Assembly: GCA_964435245.1 (NCBI GenBank)
Contig: CAYSYU010000020.1
Location: 14,071-78,070 of the forward strand
From: an uncultured Methylomagnum sp.
GTDB lineage: Bacteria > Pseudomonadota > Gammaproteobacteria > Methylococcales > Methylomonadaceae
Direction: 5' to 3'
Length of the DNA: 64,000 nucleotides
Positions within the stretch are counted from its first letter, which is position 1, and every line of letters begins with the position of its first letter. The position numbers and the translations under genes are program-made. This document shows, in pieces, positions 45,988 to 55,876 of the stretch. The notes under the pieces were generated by a model. The model did no database searches, was not told where the DNA came from, and worked only from the letters and a program-made list of their open reading frames with translations.

Positions 45988-47070
45988 ATGAGTATCATCC
46001 TATCTACTATCAGTAAAAATTTCGGCAAATTTTCTGCATTGGACAACATTAGCCTGGAAATCCCGGAAGGCGAACTGGTTGCCTTGCTCGGTCCCTCAGG
46101 TTGCGGCAAAACGACTTTACTGCGGATTATCGCCGGGCTCGAACATCCCGACGCAGGCAAAGTCCTTTTAAGCGGAGAAGACAAAACCTATCAAGACGTA
46201 CGCAAACGCGGGATTGGTTTTGTATTCCAACATTACGCCTTGTTCAGGCATATGACCGTATTCGATAATGTCGCATTCGGCTTACGGGTAAAACCTAAAC
46301 CGTTCCGTCCCAAAGAAGCCGAGATCAAAGAAAAAGTCCATGCCTTATTGAATTTGGTGCAACTGGACTGGTTGCATTACCGGTTTCCCGACCAACTTTC
46401 CGGCGGCCAACGCCAGCGGATTGCTTTGGCGCGCGCGTTAGCGGTGGAACCTAAAGTGCTGCTGCTGGACGAACCTTTCGGTGCGTTGGATGCCAGTGTC
46501 CGTAAAGAATTACGCTTATGGTTGCGGCATTTGCATCAAGAAATAAACGTGACCACGATTTTCGTGACGCACGACCAAGAAGAGGCGATGGAAGTCGCCA
46601 GCCAGATTGTCGTGCTTAACCATGGCAAGATTGAGCAAAAAGGCACGCCCAGTGAAATTTACGACGAACCCAAAAATGATTTCGTCTCCCGTTTTATTGG
46701 CCATACGAATGTTTTTCACCTCGAAAACGATGATAGCGCATGGCTTAAGGATTCGGGCATCGTCCTCGACAAGACCGATGGCATTACCGCGCACATTAGG
46801 CCGCACCACATCGGTGTTGAAAAGCTTGACGGCAGTTCTTCATCGTCTATTACCTTAAAGGATTGGCAACACCTGGGCGCAACCATACGCCTGGAATTAG
46901 TTAATGACGGGCTGAACGGTTCAGCCAAAGTCATTTACGCCGAGATGCCAAGCGATAACTTCAAACAGTCCAATTTAAAAAAAGGGGATAAGGTTTCCCT
47001 TTTCATCAGGCAAGCGCATTGGTTTAACCTGGGCAAACCGCATCCGCCTGAAACAGCAGCCAATTTTTAG
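45988..47070 (+). CDS. cysA: sulfate/thiosulfate ABC transporter ATP-binding protein CysA
   Basis: 360 aa with Walker [10 protein letters not shown], signature [15 protein letters not shown], Walker [12 protein letters not shown] and a C-terminal regulatory (TOBE-like) domain. Confidence 0.95.
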   Translation: MSIILSTISKNFGKFSALDNISLEIPEGELVALLGPSGCGKTTLLRIIAGLEHPDAGKVLLSGEDKTYQDVRKRGIGFVFQHYALFRHMTVFDNVAFGLRVKPKPFRPKEAEIKEKVHALLNLVQLDWLHYRFPDQLSGGQRQRIALARALAVEPKVLLLDEPFGALDASVRKELRLWLRHLHQEINVTTIFVTHDQEEAMEVASQIVVLNHGKIEQKGTPSEIYDEPKNDFVSRFIGHTNVFHLENDDSAWLKDSGIVLDKTDGITAHIRPHHIGVEKLDGSSSSSITLKDWQHLGATIRLELVNDGLNGSAKVIYAEMPSDNFKQSNLKKGDKVSLFIRQAHWFNLGKPHPPETAANF

Positions 47071-47084
47071 GGTTAACAACCGGG

Positions 47085-48062
47085 ATGAACTTAAACCAAC
47101 TCGAGATTTTCCATATGCTTCAGGAGACGGGCTATAACCTGACCAAAGTTGCCGAAAAGCTTAATGTCGTCCAATCCGCCGTCAGCCGCCAATTGTTGAT
47201 GCTGGAAGATGAAATCGGTAACCCTTTGCTTGAACGCCACGGTAAACGCATACTCGGGCCGACCCCTTTGGGTGAATTGGTGCTGGCAGAGGCGGGGTCA
47301 GTCAAACAAGCCAAAAAGAATATCCGGTCTATCGCCGATGATTTTCTCGAAAATCGTGTCGGCACGTTACATATAGCAACCACCCATACCCAAGCCAAAT
47401 ATTTTTTGCCTAAACCTATCAGCCAATTCAGGGAAAAATACCCCCAGGTCAAGATTTACATTGAACAATCCTCTCCCGGTAATTTGACCAAGTTTTTGTA
47501 TCAACATAAGGCGGATATTGTTATTTGCACGGAAACATTGGAAGAAAACGATAAGCTAACCGTTAAGTCTTGCTACCAATGGCATCACATGGCTATCGTA
47601 CCCAAAGGCCATGTGCTTGCGGATAGCCAAATAACCTTGGAGAGTTTGGCTGCTTTTCCAATCCTGACTTATACCCGCGGCTTTACCGGGCGCAGCAATA
47701 TCGAAAAAGCCTTTAACAATGCCGGTATCGTGCTCGATATCACGCTGGCGGCGGCTGATTCAGACGTCATCAAAACCTATGTCCGCCTCGGATATGGGGT
47801 TGGTATTATTGCTGGAATTGCGTATGAACCGACGTTCGATTCGGATCTGGTCGCTATCAGTTTAAAAGATTTAATACCGGCTTCTATCACCAAATTCGCT
47901 TACCTTAAACAAAGCTACTTGCCGAAGTTTACGCGTTACTATATCGATCAGCTCCTAAGTTCGACGCCCGAAATCAATGAAAACCCTAAGCCGCGAGCAA
48001 CCACTGCCAAGGTGTCCGACGAAAGCATCAACGACACGACCAGCCCCCTAAGGGGACATTAG
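47085..48062 (+). CDS. cysB: CysB/Cbl-family LysR-type transcriptional regulator
   Basis: 325 aa, colinear with E. coli CysB (LHIATTHTQAKYFLP, TYTRGFTGRSNIEKAFNNAG, DSDVIKTYVRLGYGVGIIA). Confidence 0.85.
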   Translation: MNLNQLEIFHMLQETGYNLTKVAEKLNVVQSAVSRQLLMLEDEIGNPLLERHGKRILGPTPLGELVLAEAGSVKQAKKNIRSIADDFLENRVGTLHIATTHTQAKYFLPKPISQFREKYPQVKIYIEQSSPGNLTKFLYQHKADIVICTETLEENDKLTVKSCYQWHHMAIVPKGHVLADSQITLESLAAFPILTYTRGFTGRSNIEKAFNNAGIVLDITLAAADSDVIKTYVRLGYGVGIIAGIAYEPTFDSDLVAISLKDLIPASITKFAYLKQSYLPKFTRYYIDQLLSSTPEINENPKPRATTAKVSDESINDTTSPLRGH

Positions 48063-48917
48063 TATCGCTAACTTTTCTATCAATTCTTTCCGGGCGCTTG
48101 TTTTGCGCCAAACCAAAGCAATAGCCCGTTTGGGGGCAGGTTTTTCAAAAGGGATATAACGGATGCCCTCATCAGGTTCTCGTATAGCTATTTCGGGCAT
48201 TAATGTAATCCCCGTTCCTGCCTTTACCATTTGCCTTAAAGTTTCAAGGCCTGTCGCCCTGACATCCGGTTGTTCTTCGGCGTTGTTTAACTGGCAAAAT
48301 TGTAAAGCTTGGCCGCGTAGGCAATGGCCTTCATCGAGCAAGAGTAATTGTTGATGAAATAAGTCTTGTTGGGCGATCAACTTGTTTTTGGCAAGTGGAT
48401 TATCGCTTGCAACTGCCAGAAAGAACTCATCTTCAAACAATTTTTGAGTTACCAGATATTCATCGTTTATCGGCAGCGCCAGTAACGCGGCATCGAGTTG
48501 GCCCAACCTAAGCTGTGCAATCAGCTCATCGGTTTTTTCTTCAATTAAGATCAGCCTAAGATTCGGGAAAGCCAGCATGATTTTAGGGACCAATCCAGGA
48601 AAAATATACGTGGATAGCGTCGGGAACGCCCCCAGCCTAAAGTTACCTGCCAACGGATCTTGTGCATTGTCCGCAATACTTTCAATAGTATCCACTTCAA
48701 GCAAAATTCGCCGGGCCGAAGCAATAATCTTGTTGCCCAATTCAGTTGGAATCACCTTTTTATTGGTGCGTTCAAAAATCTGCACACCAAGGGTTTCTTC
48801 CATTTTTTTAATTTGCGTACTCAAGGTGGGTTGGCTGATGTAGCATTGGTCAGCGGCTTGAATAAAACTGCGCAGGTCGGCAACGGCAACTAGGTAACGT
48901 AAATCTCTCAGGTTCAT
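48048..48917 (-). CDS. oxyR: OxyR-like LysR-type peroxide-sensing regulator
   Basis: 289 aa, colinear with E. coli OxyR. This includes the redox Cys pair context LLLLDEGHCLRGQALQFC and ATGLETLRQMVKAGTGITLMP. The 3' end overlaps cysB by 15 nt (convergent). Confidence 0.85.
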   Translation of the reverse strand: MNLRDLRYLVAVADLRSFIQAADQCYISQPTLSTQIKKMEETLGVQIFERTNKKVIPTELGNKIIASARRILLEVDTIESIADNAQDPLAGNFRLGAFPTLSTYIFPGLVPKIMLAFPNLRLILIEEKTDELIAQLRLGQLDAALLALPINDEYLVTQKLFEDEFFLAVASDNPLAKNKLIAQQDLFHQQLLLLDEGHCLRGQALQFCQLNNAEEQPDVRATGLETLRQMVKAGTGITLMPEIAIREPDEGIRYIPFEKPAPKRAIALVWRKTSARKELIEKLAILMSP

Positions 48918-49126
48918 GTTCGGAAATAATTGGCTCTATCGATTGATTTTTCGCAATCAATAAATATATATGAAAATCACTTGCAGATGGGGATAAATAT
49001 CTGCTGGTTAATAAATCCTGTCATAGTAAAATAGGATACGACACCCCATCCCGCCCTTTATGGATAGGCTACTTTGCCATTCAAAATCCATGTGATTTTG
49101 TTCAATTAATGGGGTATTCGATAAGA

Positions 49127-49475
49127 TGAATCGCCCCGGATTTGCCGGAGACTCCATTATTTGAGGGGATGGAGTGATGAAAACGACAAACAAGTATTCA
49201 CCGGAAATACGGGAAAGAGGGAGCCGGATGGCCTATGACATCAGTATGGATACGAGTCCCAATTGGCAGAGATATGTTCCATTGCAAGCAAGGGTGTAGC
49301 GCAGAAACATTGCGTATATGGGTTAGACAATCAGAATTTGGGTACGGCAAGCCAGACGGATTAAATAGTCCAGAACAAGCGCGCCTCAAGGAATTGGAAC
49401 GGGAGAACCGCGAGCTAAAGCGTGCGAACGAAATATTGCGCAAGGCCGCCGCTGCAAGGTGGGAAGCCGAGTAGT
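49127..49475 (+). mobile_element. IS3-family remnant (left inverted repeat plus frameshifted OrfA)
   Basis: An IS3-type end, TGAATCGCCCCGGATTTGCCGGAGA, is followed by MKTTNKYSPEIRERGSRMAYD.... After a frameshift comes GCSAETLRIWVRQSE...EQARLKELERENRELKRANEILRKAAA. The OrfB part is absent. Confidence 0.75.
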
Positions 49476-49589
49476 CCCCAGAAGCGATAGGTCTGGGCGA
49501 TTTCACGGATGTGCGTTAGCGCTAGAGGGAAATTGCAAAGCAATCCGGCATCGCGTCGAGTCATTTGCGCAACGACGTCATTGGCCGCT

Positions 49590-50205
49590 GTACTCGCGCC
49601 TTCCGAAAGGTACTATTTGGTCGACAGCATGTCGCTGGAAATCTGCAAATTTGGTCGAACCATGCGCCTCCGCATTTGCCAGTAAGCCGATGAGGTGTGG
49701 CCGGATTACGGCTATTGTGCTGCCCATCACACGCATTATTTGGGCTACAAGGTTCACGCGGCCTATATCCCTGACGGGATTATCAAAACCTTCGGCCTTT
49801 CAAGGGCATCGACACACGATATCCACTATCTCAGCGACTTGAAAACGCAACTGCACGGCTGCGTCCTGGTCGGCGATTTATGCCCCAGAGGGTACAAAGG
49901 CTACCTGAGCGCCAGTACCAGCAAGACTTGTTCGATATCGCCGCCATTCGCTTAGAAACGCCTATGCGCCGCAGCCAACTTGACTTTACGCCATTAACCC
50001 AATGCCGAGAAAAGCCCGAAAACGCATTGAAACCCTTATTCTCGCAAATGTGCGACCAGTTTATGATCCGCCGCAATTACGCCAAGTCATTCCAAGGACT
50101 AGCCACCCGTATTCTCGCCAAAGTGACTGCGGATGACCTTGATCCAGTGGTTTAACCACCGACACAGCAACCACCTCAACAATTTGAAAATCGTTGTCGC
50201 CTAAA
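49590..50205 (+). pseudogene. IS982-family transposase pseudogene fragment (C-terminal half, stops and frameshifts)
   Basis: Fragments YYLVDSMSLEICKFGRTMRLRICQ*, GYCAAHHTHYLGYKVHAAYIPDGIIKTFGLSRASTHDIHYLSDLK and LFSQMCDQFMIRRNYAKSFQGLATRILAKVTA lie in different frames. Confidence 0.75.
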
Positions 50206-50341
50206 TGCACCGCGGTTTTTGGATTATTTTGGGTGCTTCCCCCAACCGTTTTAGCTGCTCTTTTATAGGAATTACAATGGCTTTTTTGCGTCATTTTAGG
50301 TAGCTTTATTGGCTGATATACGCACTCAGACTTTTGGCGCT

Positions 50342-50578
50342 TCAAAGCCTCTTATGGCTGCCGTCACAGTAAGGCGGCGTCTTGGTTTGCTTGCATTGGC
50401 AAATGGCTACCGTTTTGGTTTCTGCCATTTCAAATTTTAGCGGGGTAAATGCTGTAGTTTTATGCGAACCGTCGCAAAAACTGCCGTTTGCACTATGGCC
50501 GCACGCGCACCAGTAATGTATTCCGGCCTCTAGTTCGCAAACATTGGGATGGTCGGCAGCAACTTTGGGCTTGTCCAT
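50342..50578 (-). CDS. CDGSH iron-sulfur domain-containing protein (two CDGSH motifs)
   Basis: 78 aa containing CACGHSANGSFCDGSHK and CQCKQTKTPPYCDGSHK. Confidence 0.9.
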   Translation of the reverse strand: MDKPKVAADHPNVCELEAGIHYWCACGHSANGSFCDGSHKTTAFTPLKFEMAETKTVAICQCKQTKTPPYCDGSHKRL

Positions 50579-50724
50579 AAATCGTCCTCCGAAAACAGAT
50601 ACCTAAAAGGCCGTGAGCGCCCTTCATATCGGAAAATACAAAGAAAACAGTTGGTTCCGTTCTCGATACGCTATTATTATGGCAGAGGGCAGAAGAATGA
50701 ATGGAACCAACCAACAAAGATTGT

Positions 50725-51171
50725 TTAAGCAGTTTTATTGCCAAGCAAGCCTGTGAGCGCTGCCAATCCCGCTTCCAACAATTTGTTATCGCCTGGAACC
50801 TGACCTTCCGGAGTCAGCTTATCGACAACTTCGGGCAGTAAGTTAGCCAAACTTCCCGCTACCTCGGTGGTATTGATGCCCATTTTTGCGGCAAGGCCTT
50901 GCACGAAGGAAGAACCCAGCACCTGCTGGACTTGCTCCGCAGTAATGGGAAGGTTTTGCCCGGTGCTTACCCATGACGCCACTTGATCCGCCAAGCCGCC
51001 TGCGGCAATTTTTTCTACTAGCCCGGACAATCCACCCGTTTGTGGATCGGTCACCAAGCCGATAACGGATTCCAACAAACCTTGATCGCCGCCTGCTACG
51101 CCTGGAGCCGGAGCCGCGTTATTTGCGACTTGACCTTTTATTGCCCCTAAAACTGTATCTAATATACCCAT
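50725..51171 (-). CDS. yidB: YidB-family protein (DUF937)
   Basis: 148 aa. MGILDTVLGAI...GGLSGLVEKIAAGGLADQVASWVSTGQNLPITAEQVQQVLG...LANLLPEVVDKLTPEGQVP is colinear with E. coli YidB. Confidence 0.8.
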   Translation of the reverse strand: MGILDTVLGAIKGQVANNAAPAPGVAGGDQGLLESVIGLVTDPQTGGLSGLVEKIAAGGLADQVASWVSTGQNLPITAEQVQQVLGSSFVQGLAAKMGINTTEVAGSLANLLPEVVDKLTPEGQVPGDNKLLEAGLAALTGLLGNKTA

Positions 51172-51325
51172 GTTATTTTCCCGTTATGTGTTTGATGGAC
51201 GTGTAAATGGTTGTTATTTTTTTGTGTTTTTAAGCCAAAGCATCATACTGCTTTCGGCTTTTAGGGTCAAAATTTCGGCGTTTCCAGACGGAAATAGACC
51301 GTAGAAATCCTTTAAAAGGCAGCGC

Positions 51326-51664
51326 TCAGTCCCATTCGAGTATTTTCCACATATTAACCCGGCTGCCTTTGTCCAGGTCATTCCCCCGGACATCCATTTT
51401 ACCGTCCCCGTCCGAATCAATAAAATAATAAGGCGGGCCGATATCAGGGATAACCTTAACCATATAGAGCTTACCGCCCAGGCGATATTCCTGGATAGTT
51501 TTTTTCCCTTTACGGATGATGGTGATGTCCGGTTCCATATCCTCACCACTCTGGACGGGCAAAGGCGGATCCGGCACTTCTGGGACTGGGTCAAGTGTAG
51601 GCGGCCTTTCGTCCACTGCGAACGCAGAAAAAGCGAGTAGGCTTAACAATAAAAAAATACGCAT
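51326..51664 (-). CDS. DUF2782-like secreted protein
   Basis: Start moved to ATG 51664 (MRIFLLLSLLAFSAFA). The core PDITIIRKGKKTIQEYRLGGKLYMVKVIPDIGPPYYFIDSDGDG matches DUF2782 as I recall it. Confidence 0.7.
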   Translation of the reverse strand: MRIFLLLSLLAFSAFAVDERPPTLDPVPEVPDPPLPVQSGEDMEPDITIIRKGKKTIQEYRLGGKLYMVKVIPDIGPPYYFIDSDGDGKMDVRGNDLDKGSRVNMWKILEWD

Positions 51665-51843
51665 GGCAGGCTCATATGAAATTAATACCGCGCCTATCTT
51701 ATTACATTCTTCCCGGTTTGCTCGACTAAAAACTGATACGACGATTTTCAGGAGCCGTCCTTGGCTGAAATGGGGCAAGAATTATGGTGTTAAAATCAAA
51801 GGCTATCCCAATAGGGAATATACCGGCCGATCAACCTATCCAA

Positions 51844-52917
51844 TTAATGCCACTGAAGGTTGAATTCCTTAAAGCCTTTGTGGGGTAATTGCCTTAGGGC
51901 GTGGTTGAAATTGGCCAATATCAATTTGAAATTTTCCATTAAACCCAGCTTGGTGTTTTTTCCGCAAACTTCATCCATGATTTGCTTTTTAGCTTCCAGC
52001 CAATCACGCAACTCGCAGCCCGGATAAAAATTTCGTTTCTCAGCCTCATAGTAAGCCGCCTCTGCAATCATGTCATCCAAGTTGTTTGGTAACTCACGGG
52101 CGGCAGTTTCCAAGCCCAAACCAAATTTTAACAAGTTGAATAAATCCTGCGGAGAATTGCCGTCGATTCCTATTTTACGAGGCTCAAACGCCGCAAATGT
52201 CCCAAACAGCCTATCCCAAACCGAAAGTACTGCGCCATAGTTGCGGTCGTGCTCCCTGCGCTCAGTTGAATGGTGGACCCTGTGCAGAAAAGGGACAATC
52301 ATCAGGAGCCCTAGTGCACGTTCGTACTTAAAGCTGATATTGGCATGATGGAACATGATACATATCGTAATTATGCTTTCAATGACCAACACTAACATCT
52401 TGTCTACGCCCAAGGCCACAATCAATAACATCTTTAGGATATTCGTGATGATAACTTCCACAAAATGCAGCCGGAATGCAGTCGATACATTCAGGTAAGG
52501 ATCGTTATGGTGGACACGGTGGAACCGCCAAAAAGCGTCCACACGGTGGCATGCCTGGTGCCAAACGTAAAGCAACATGTCAAAGGCCAAAAATGACAAC
52601 AGCGCCTTTAAGGTTGGGCTAGCCACATGGTTCAGCAGCCCATAGGATGAGTAGTTATCAGCTATCAAATACAATGTTGAAATTGAGCATGCCGACATCA
52701 ACAAATTGTTAAACACAAACAGGCTGATGTTGGTGCGATAAGACTGAATTATTTGCCTTGTCGGACGATGGATCTTGGGGAAGCGGTTCTCCAGGTTCGA
52801 CAACCCGGCAAAACACAAGAGCAGGGCGAAGGCAACTAATTCGCCCGTCAACTCAACTGGCCAAGTGGCAAACCAAGCCATGCCCGATAAGATCAAATTA
52901 TTTATTTCGTTTAACAT
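51844..52917 (-). CDS. fatty-acid hydroxylase/sterol-desaturase-family membrane protein fused to C-terminal DUF2934 (intact paralogue of 39760..40803)
   Basis: 357 aa with His boxes HQACHR, HRVHHND and HRVHHS plus 4-5 TM segments. The C-terminal segment is AEAAYYEAEKRNFYPGCELRDWLEAKKQI (DUF2934 pattern). Confidence 0.85.
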   Translation of the reverse strand: MLNEINNLILSGMAWFATWPVELTGELVAFALLLCFAGLSNLENRFPKIHRPTRQIIQSYRTNISLFVFNNLLMSACSISTLYLIADNYSSYGLLNHVASPTLKALLSFLAFDMLLYVWHQACHRVDAFWRFHRVHHNDPYLNVSTAFRLHFVEVIITNILKMLLIVALGVDKMLVLVIESIITICIMFHHANISFKYERALGLLMIVPFLHRVHHSTERREHDRNYGAVLSVWDRLFGTFAAFEPRKIGIDGNSPQDLFNLLKFGLGLETAARELPNNLDDMIAEAAYYEAEKRNFYPGCELRDWLEAKKQIMDEVCGKNTKLGLMENFKLILANFNHALRQLPHKGFKEFNLQWH

Positions 52918-53439
52918 TTTCTAATCCTCCTATTCCGATACCGGTTATAGATGATTACGAAACCAATTTACACAAGCTAAATGACAAAACGATAACGGAA
53001 ATGTTACCAAGCAATGAAGCTTTTCTATGGATGGGGAGCTTATGAATTACCTCAACCCTAACGGCTTCACATCGCCGGTTTTTTATAGTCTCGTGACAGC
53101 CATTAAAACCCAGCATTCTTAATAAACCATTAAGCATTTAACATGCCAAAAGCATAAATATTGCATGGAATAACCATAAAAGATATTGCTTAACAAAAGG
53201 TTAAATAAACAGCAATAAGACATGGGAAGGAGGCTTAAATAAGGAACAATAGGCACCAATGACTGGCCTCCTGCGTCAAGCTTGTGCAGTACAAACCATT
53301 CTTGCACCTTTTTGTTAGGGATTTATTGGCCCAATGGATATGCTTTATTAAAAAGTGCCGATGCTTGTTAAAGGCACCAATACGGCCATCCTGCTTTAAT
53401 ATACACAGGCGATTGTTGGGGCATTCAAGGGGCTGCGGA

Positions 53440-53471
53440 CTTATAGGCAAAAATCAATTTTTGCCTATAAG
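53440..53471. repeat. 32-bp perfect palindrome (15-bp arms, 2-nt spacer)
   Basis: CTTATAGGCAAAAAT-ca-ATTTTTGCCTATAAG lies in an AT-rich 0.8-kb intergenic region about 260 nt upstream of the ECF sigma gene. Confidence 0.6.
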
Positions 53472-53683
53472 GCTGAAACAACGCAAATGAATGGATAAGG
53501 ACAAGCCATATGATGCCCGCTGTTAACAAAATGGGGTCTGCGTAAAAATGTGTGGCAATAGGGTGACTACATTGCTTAAATAATATTGGCCTGTGCGGCA
53601 AAATAGCTGCCCAAAAACATTTTCCTGGTTATTAATCTATTTTATAAAGCATCTCATCGTTAAAAAATAGCACCCGCTAAGTT

Positions 53684-53698
53684 TTCATAAGATAATGC
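53684..53698 (+). promoter_or_regulatory. conserved 15-nt motif TTCATAAGATAATGC exactly 36 nt upstream of the sigma-1 ATG (candidate -10/operator)
   Basis: An identical 15-mer sits at the identical distance upstream of the paralogous sigma gene (60361..60375, minus strand). It contains a GATAAT -10-like hexamer. Confidence 0.35.
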
Positions 53699-53734
53699 GC
53701 TTTAATTTCAAGGTTAATTCTCGCTGCATTGAAC

Positions 53735-54259
53735 ATGACAAACGCCTCACATCCTGATGTTGCCTTATACTGGAACGAGGCTTTAGCCGAAGATTTGTTA
53801 CAGTTTTTTGCAAGGCGGCTCAAATGTCAGGATGCAGCCGCCGACTTGACCCATGAGACCTACCTTCGTTTTCATCAATGGTTGAAAGATAGCCCGCCGG
53901 ACAATGCCCGCGCCCTGGCTTTCAGTATTGCAGTCAACTTGGCCACCGATTACCAGCGGAAGGCCAAGGTCAGAAGCAATTATACAGTCGAAATCGAGTC
54001 GAATTTACTGGCCGACACCCATGCCAGCACTGCGCCCGGACCCGAGCAGGTCGCCATTTCCAGGGAACGTCTTCAGCAATTTCATGACGCACTGGATGAA
54101 CTCCCCGCCCATTACCGTTCGGCTTTTTTGCTTCATAACGTCGATGGGTTGACTTATCCGCAAATCGCCGCCTGCCTGGGCATCTCTGAATCGACAGTTT
54201 ATAAATATTTAGCTAAGACAATCAACCACTGCCTCAACCGGCTGGGCGATTCGGATTGA
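53735..54259 (+). CDS. ECF (FecI-type) RNA polymerase sigma factor, copy 1
   Basis: Track ORF starts at TTG 53729; ATG 53735 is preferred. Region 2 reads DLTHETYLRFHQW and region 4 reads LTYPQIAACLGISESTVYKYL. A FecR gene follows. Confidence 0.9.
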   Translation: MTNASHPDVALYWNEALAEDLLQFFARRLKCQDAAADLTHETYLRFHQWLKDSPPDNARALAFSIAVNLATDYQRKAKVRSNYTVEIESNLLADTHASTAPGPEQVAISRERLQQFHDALDELPAHYRSAFLLHNVDGLTYPQIAACLGISESTVYKYLAKTINHCLNRLGDSD

Positions 54260-54345
54260 TTGCCAAAACGGTTTTTATGGCAGCCATAAGGGATTCAAGC
54301 CTTCAATCGTCTTATTGGGTATAGCCCTGTTGAATCGGAAGTTTA

Positions 54346-55380
54346 ATGCCACAACCTGAAATAAATGCGCAACAACCTGATCTCATGGAGCAAGCCGTCG
54401 ATTGGCTGGTCAGGATGCGGAGCGGTAACCTGAGCGATTTGGAAACTCATGACTTTGCGGACTGGCTATCGCAAGATCCCGAACATGCCGCCGCTTTCGC
54501 CAAGGCCGAAGATTTTTTAAGTGAGATGGTCGCCGCCGTAAAGCTCCCGCGCCCGGTTGAAAATGCACCTAAACCGAATGATGGAATACCAAACGAACAA
54601 CCTTTAACTAACTCACCAAGAAAAACCGTCAAACCTTGGTTGGCAATCCCGTTGGCAATGGCGGCGGCTTGGCTGGTTGCAGTGGGTTTGGTGCTTCCTA
54701 AACAGTCGAGCTTGCTGGACAACCTGTTGAGCGACTACCACACCCAACCCGGTGAAATCCGCGAGATCAAACTGGCTGACGGCAGCCACCTCCTGCTCAA
54801 CACCAACACGGCGGTGTCGGTAGATTATGAGGCTACACAGCGGTTGGTTGCGCTCCATCACGGCCAAGTGCGATTTACCGTAGTTAAAGACTTGAACCGT
54901 CCTTTTGAAGTCAAAACCGGTTCCCTCATCGTGCGGGCGCTGGGTACAGTGTTTGAGGTTTACCGGAAAACACCGAAGTCCATCATAGTCACTGTCCAGG
55001 AACATGCCGTTGCCGCCAAAATCCAAGAAAAAAATTCAACGCAGCAAAACCATTCCAACCAGGTTACGGTACAAACGGGGCAACAACTGATATACCAGGG
55101 TGACAATACCTTACACCAGCCGACCGCAGCCAATCTCACCCAGTCATCGGCTTGGCAGCAACGACGGCTTTTCATCAATGACCGACCCTTGGGCGAATTG
55201 CTCGAAGAACTCGACCGTTACCGGATAGGACGGATATACCTGTCCGATGCCCGGCTGAAAAAACTCCGCGTCACCGGCGTATTTCCGCTAAACAATCCCG
55301 ATGAAGTCATCGTCAGCGTCCGCAAAGTGCTAGGCTTGCAGGAAACCCGGCTTGGGCCGTGGCTGGTCTTGCATCGTTAA
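54346..55380 (+). CDS. FecR-family anti-sigma/sigma regulator, copy 1
   Basis: 344 aa with an N-terminal anti-sigma domain (AVDWLVRMRSG...FADWL), a single TM (WLAIPLAMAAAWLVAVGLVL) and a periplasmic FecR domain (LGTVFEVY). Confidence 0.9.
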   Translation: MPQPEINAQQPDLMEQAVDWLVRMRSGNLSDLETHDFADWLSQDPEHAAAFAKAEDFLSEMVAAVKLPRPVENAPKPNDGIPNEQPLTNSPRKTVKPWLAIPLAMAAAWLVAVGLVLPKQSSLLDNLLSDYHTQPGEIREIKLADGSHLLLNTNTAVSVDYEATQRLVALHHGQVRFTVVKDLNRPFEVKTGSLIVRALGTVFEVYRKTPKSIIVTVQEHAVAAKIQEKNSTQQNHSNQVTVQTGQQLIYQGDNTLHQPTAANLTQSSAWQQRRLFINDRPLGELLEELDRYRIGRIYLSDARLKKLRVTGVFPLNNPDEVIVSVRKVLGLQETRLGPWLVLHR

Positions 55381-55691
55381 CAGCACCTTCACAACCCCAT
55401 CCCCTCCCGGAAAATCCCAAAATACATCAACTGAAGGGCAATCATTGCCTTCACTTGCAAAAAAATGGGTATTCGCATATTGTGTGGAAACTCTAAAATA
55501 ATCAATTTTCAGGCTCGTGTGGAATTATGGCACCATAATTCAAAAATTCTTCATTATTTGGTAAGCCATAGCCGATAGTATCCCCATGGACTCCAGCCTT
55601 AAACGATTTCCTTTTTACCTTATGTTTCGCGTTGGTGAACAATGTTGTTGCTCTCAGTATAGTAGATGGGTTAACAGCTTTATCGTTAACC

Positions 55692-55825
55692 TATAGTTCG
55701 GCCCTGTGAAGTATTAAGTTTCCGTTCGCCCTTGTGCCCATTGGGTATTGAGCCTGTCGAAAGACAGTGTGTGCTTCGACAAGCTCAGCACGAACGGTTC
55801 AGACATTAAAAGGCCGAATCAATAA
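55692..55825. repeat. MITE-like element, copy C
   Basis: Same element as copies A and B. It lies between the convergent FecR-1 and TonB-dependent receptor-1 genes. Confidence 0.8.
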
Positions 55826-55876
55826 CAAATCGGTGCATAAAATGTTGGGTTGCGAAAAGATGCAACCCAAACCCGG

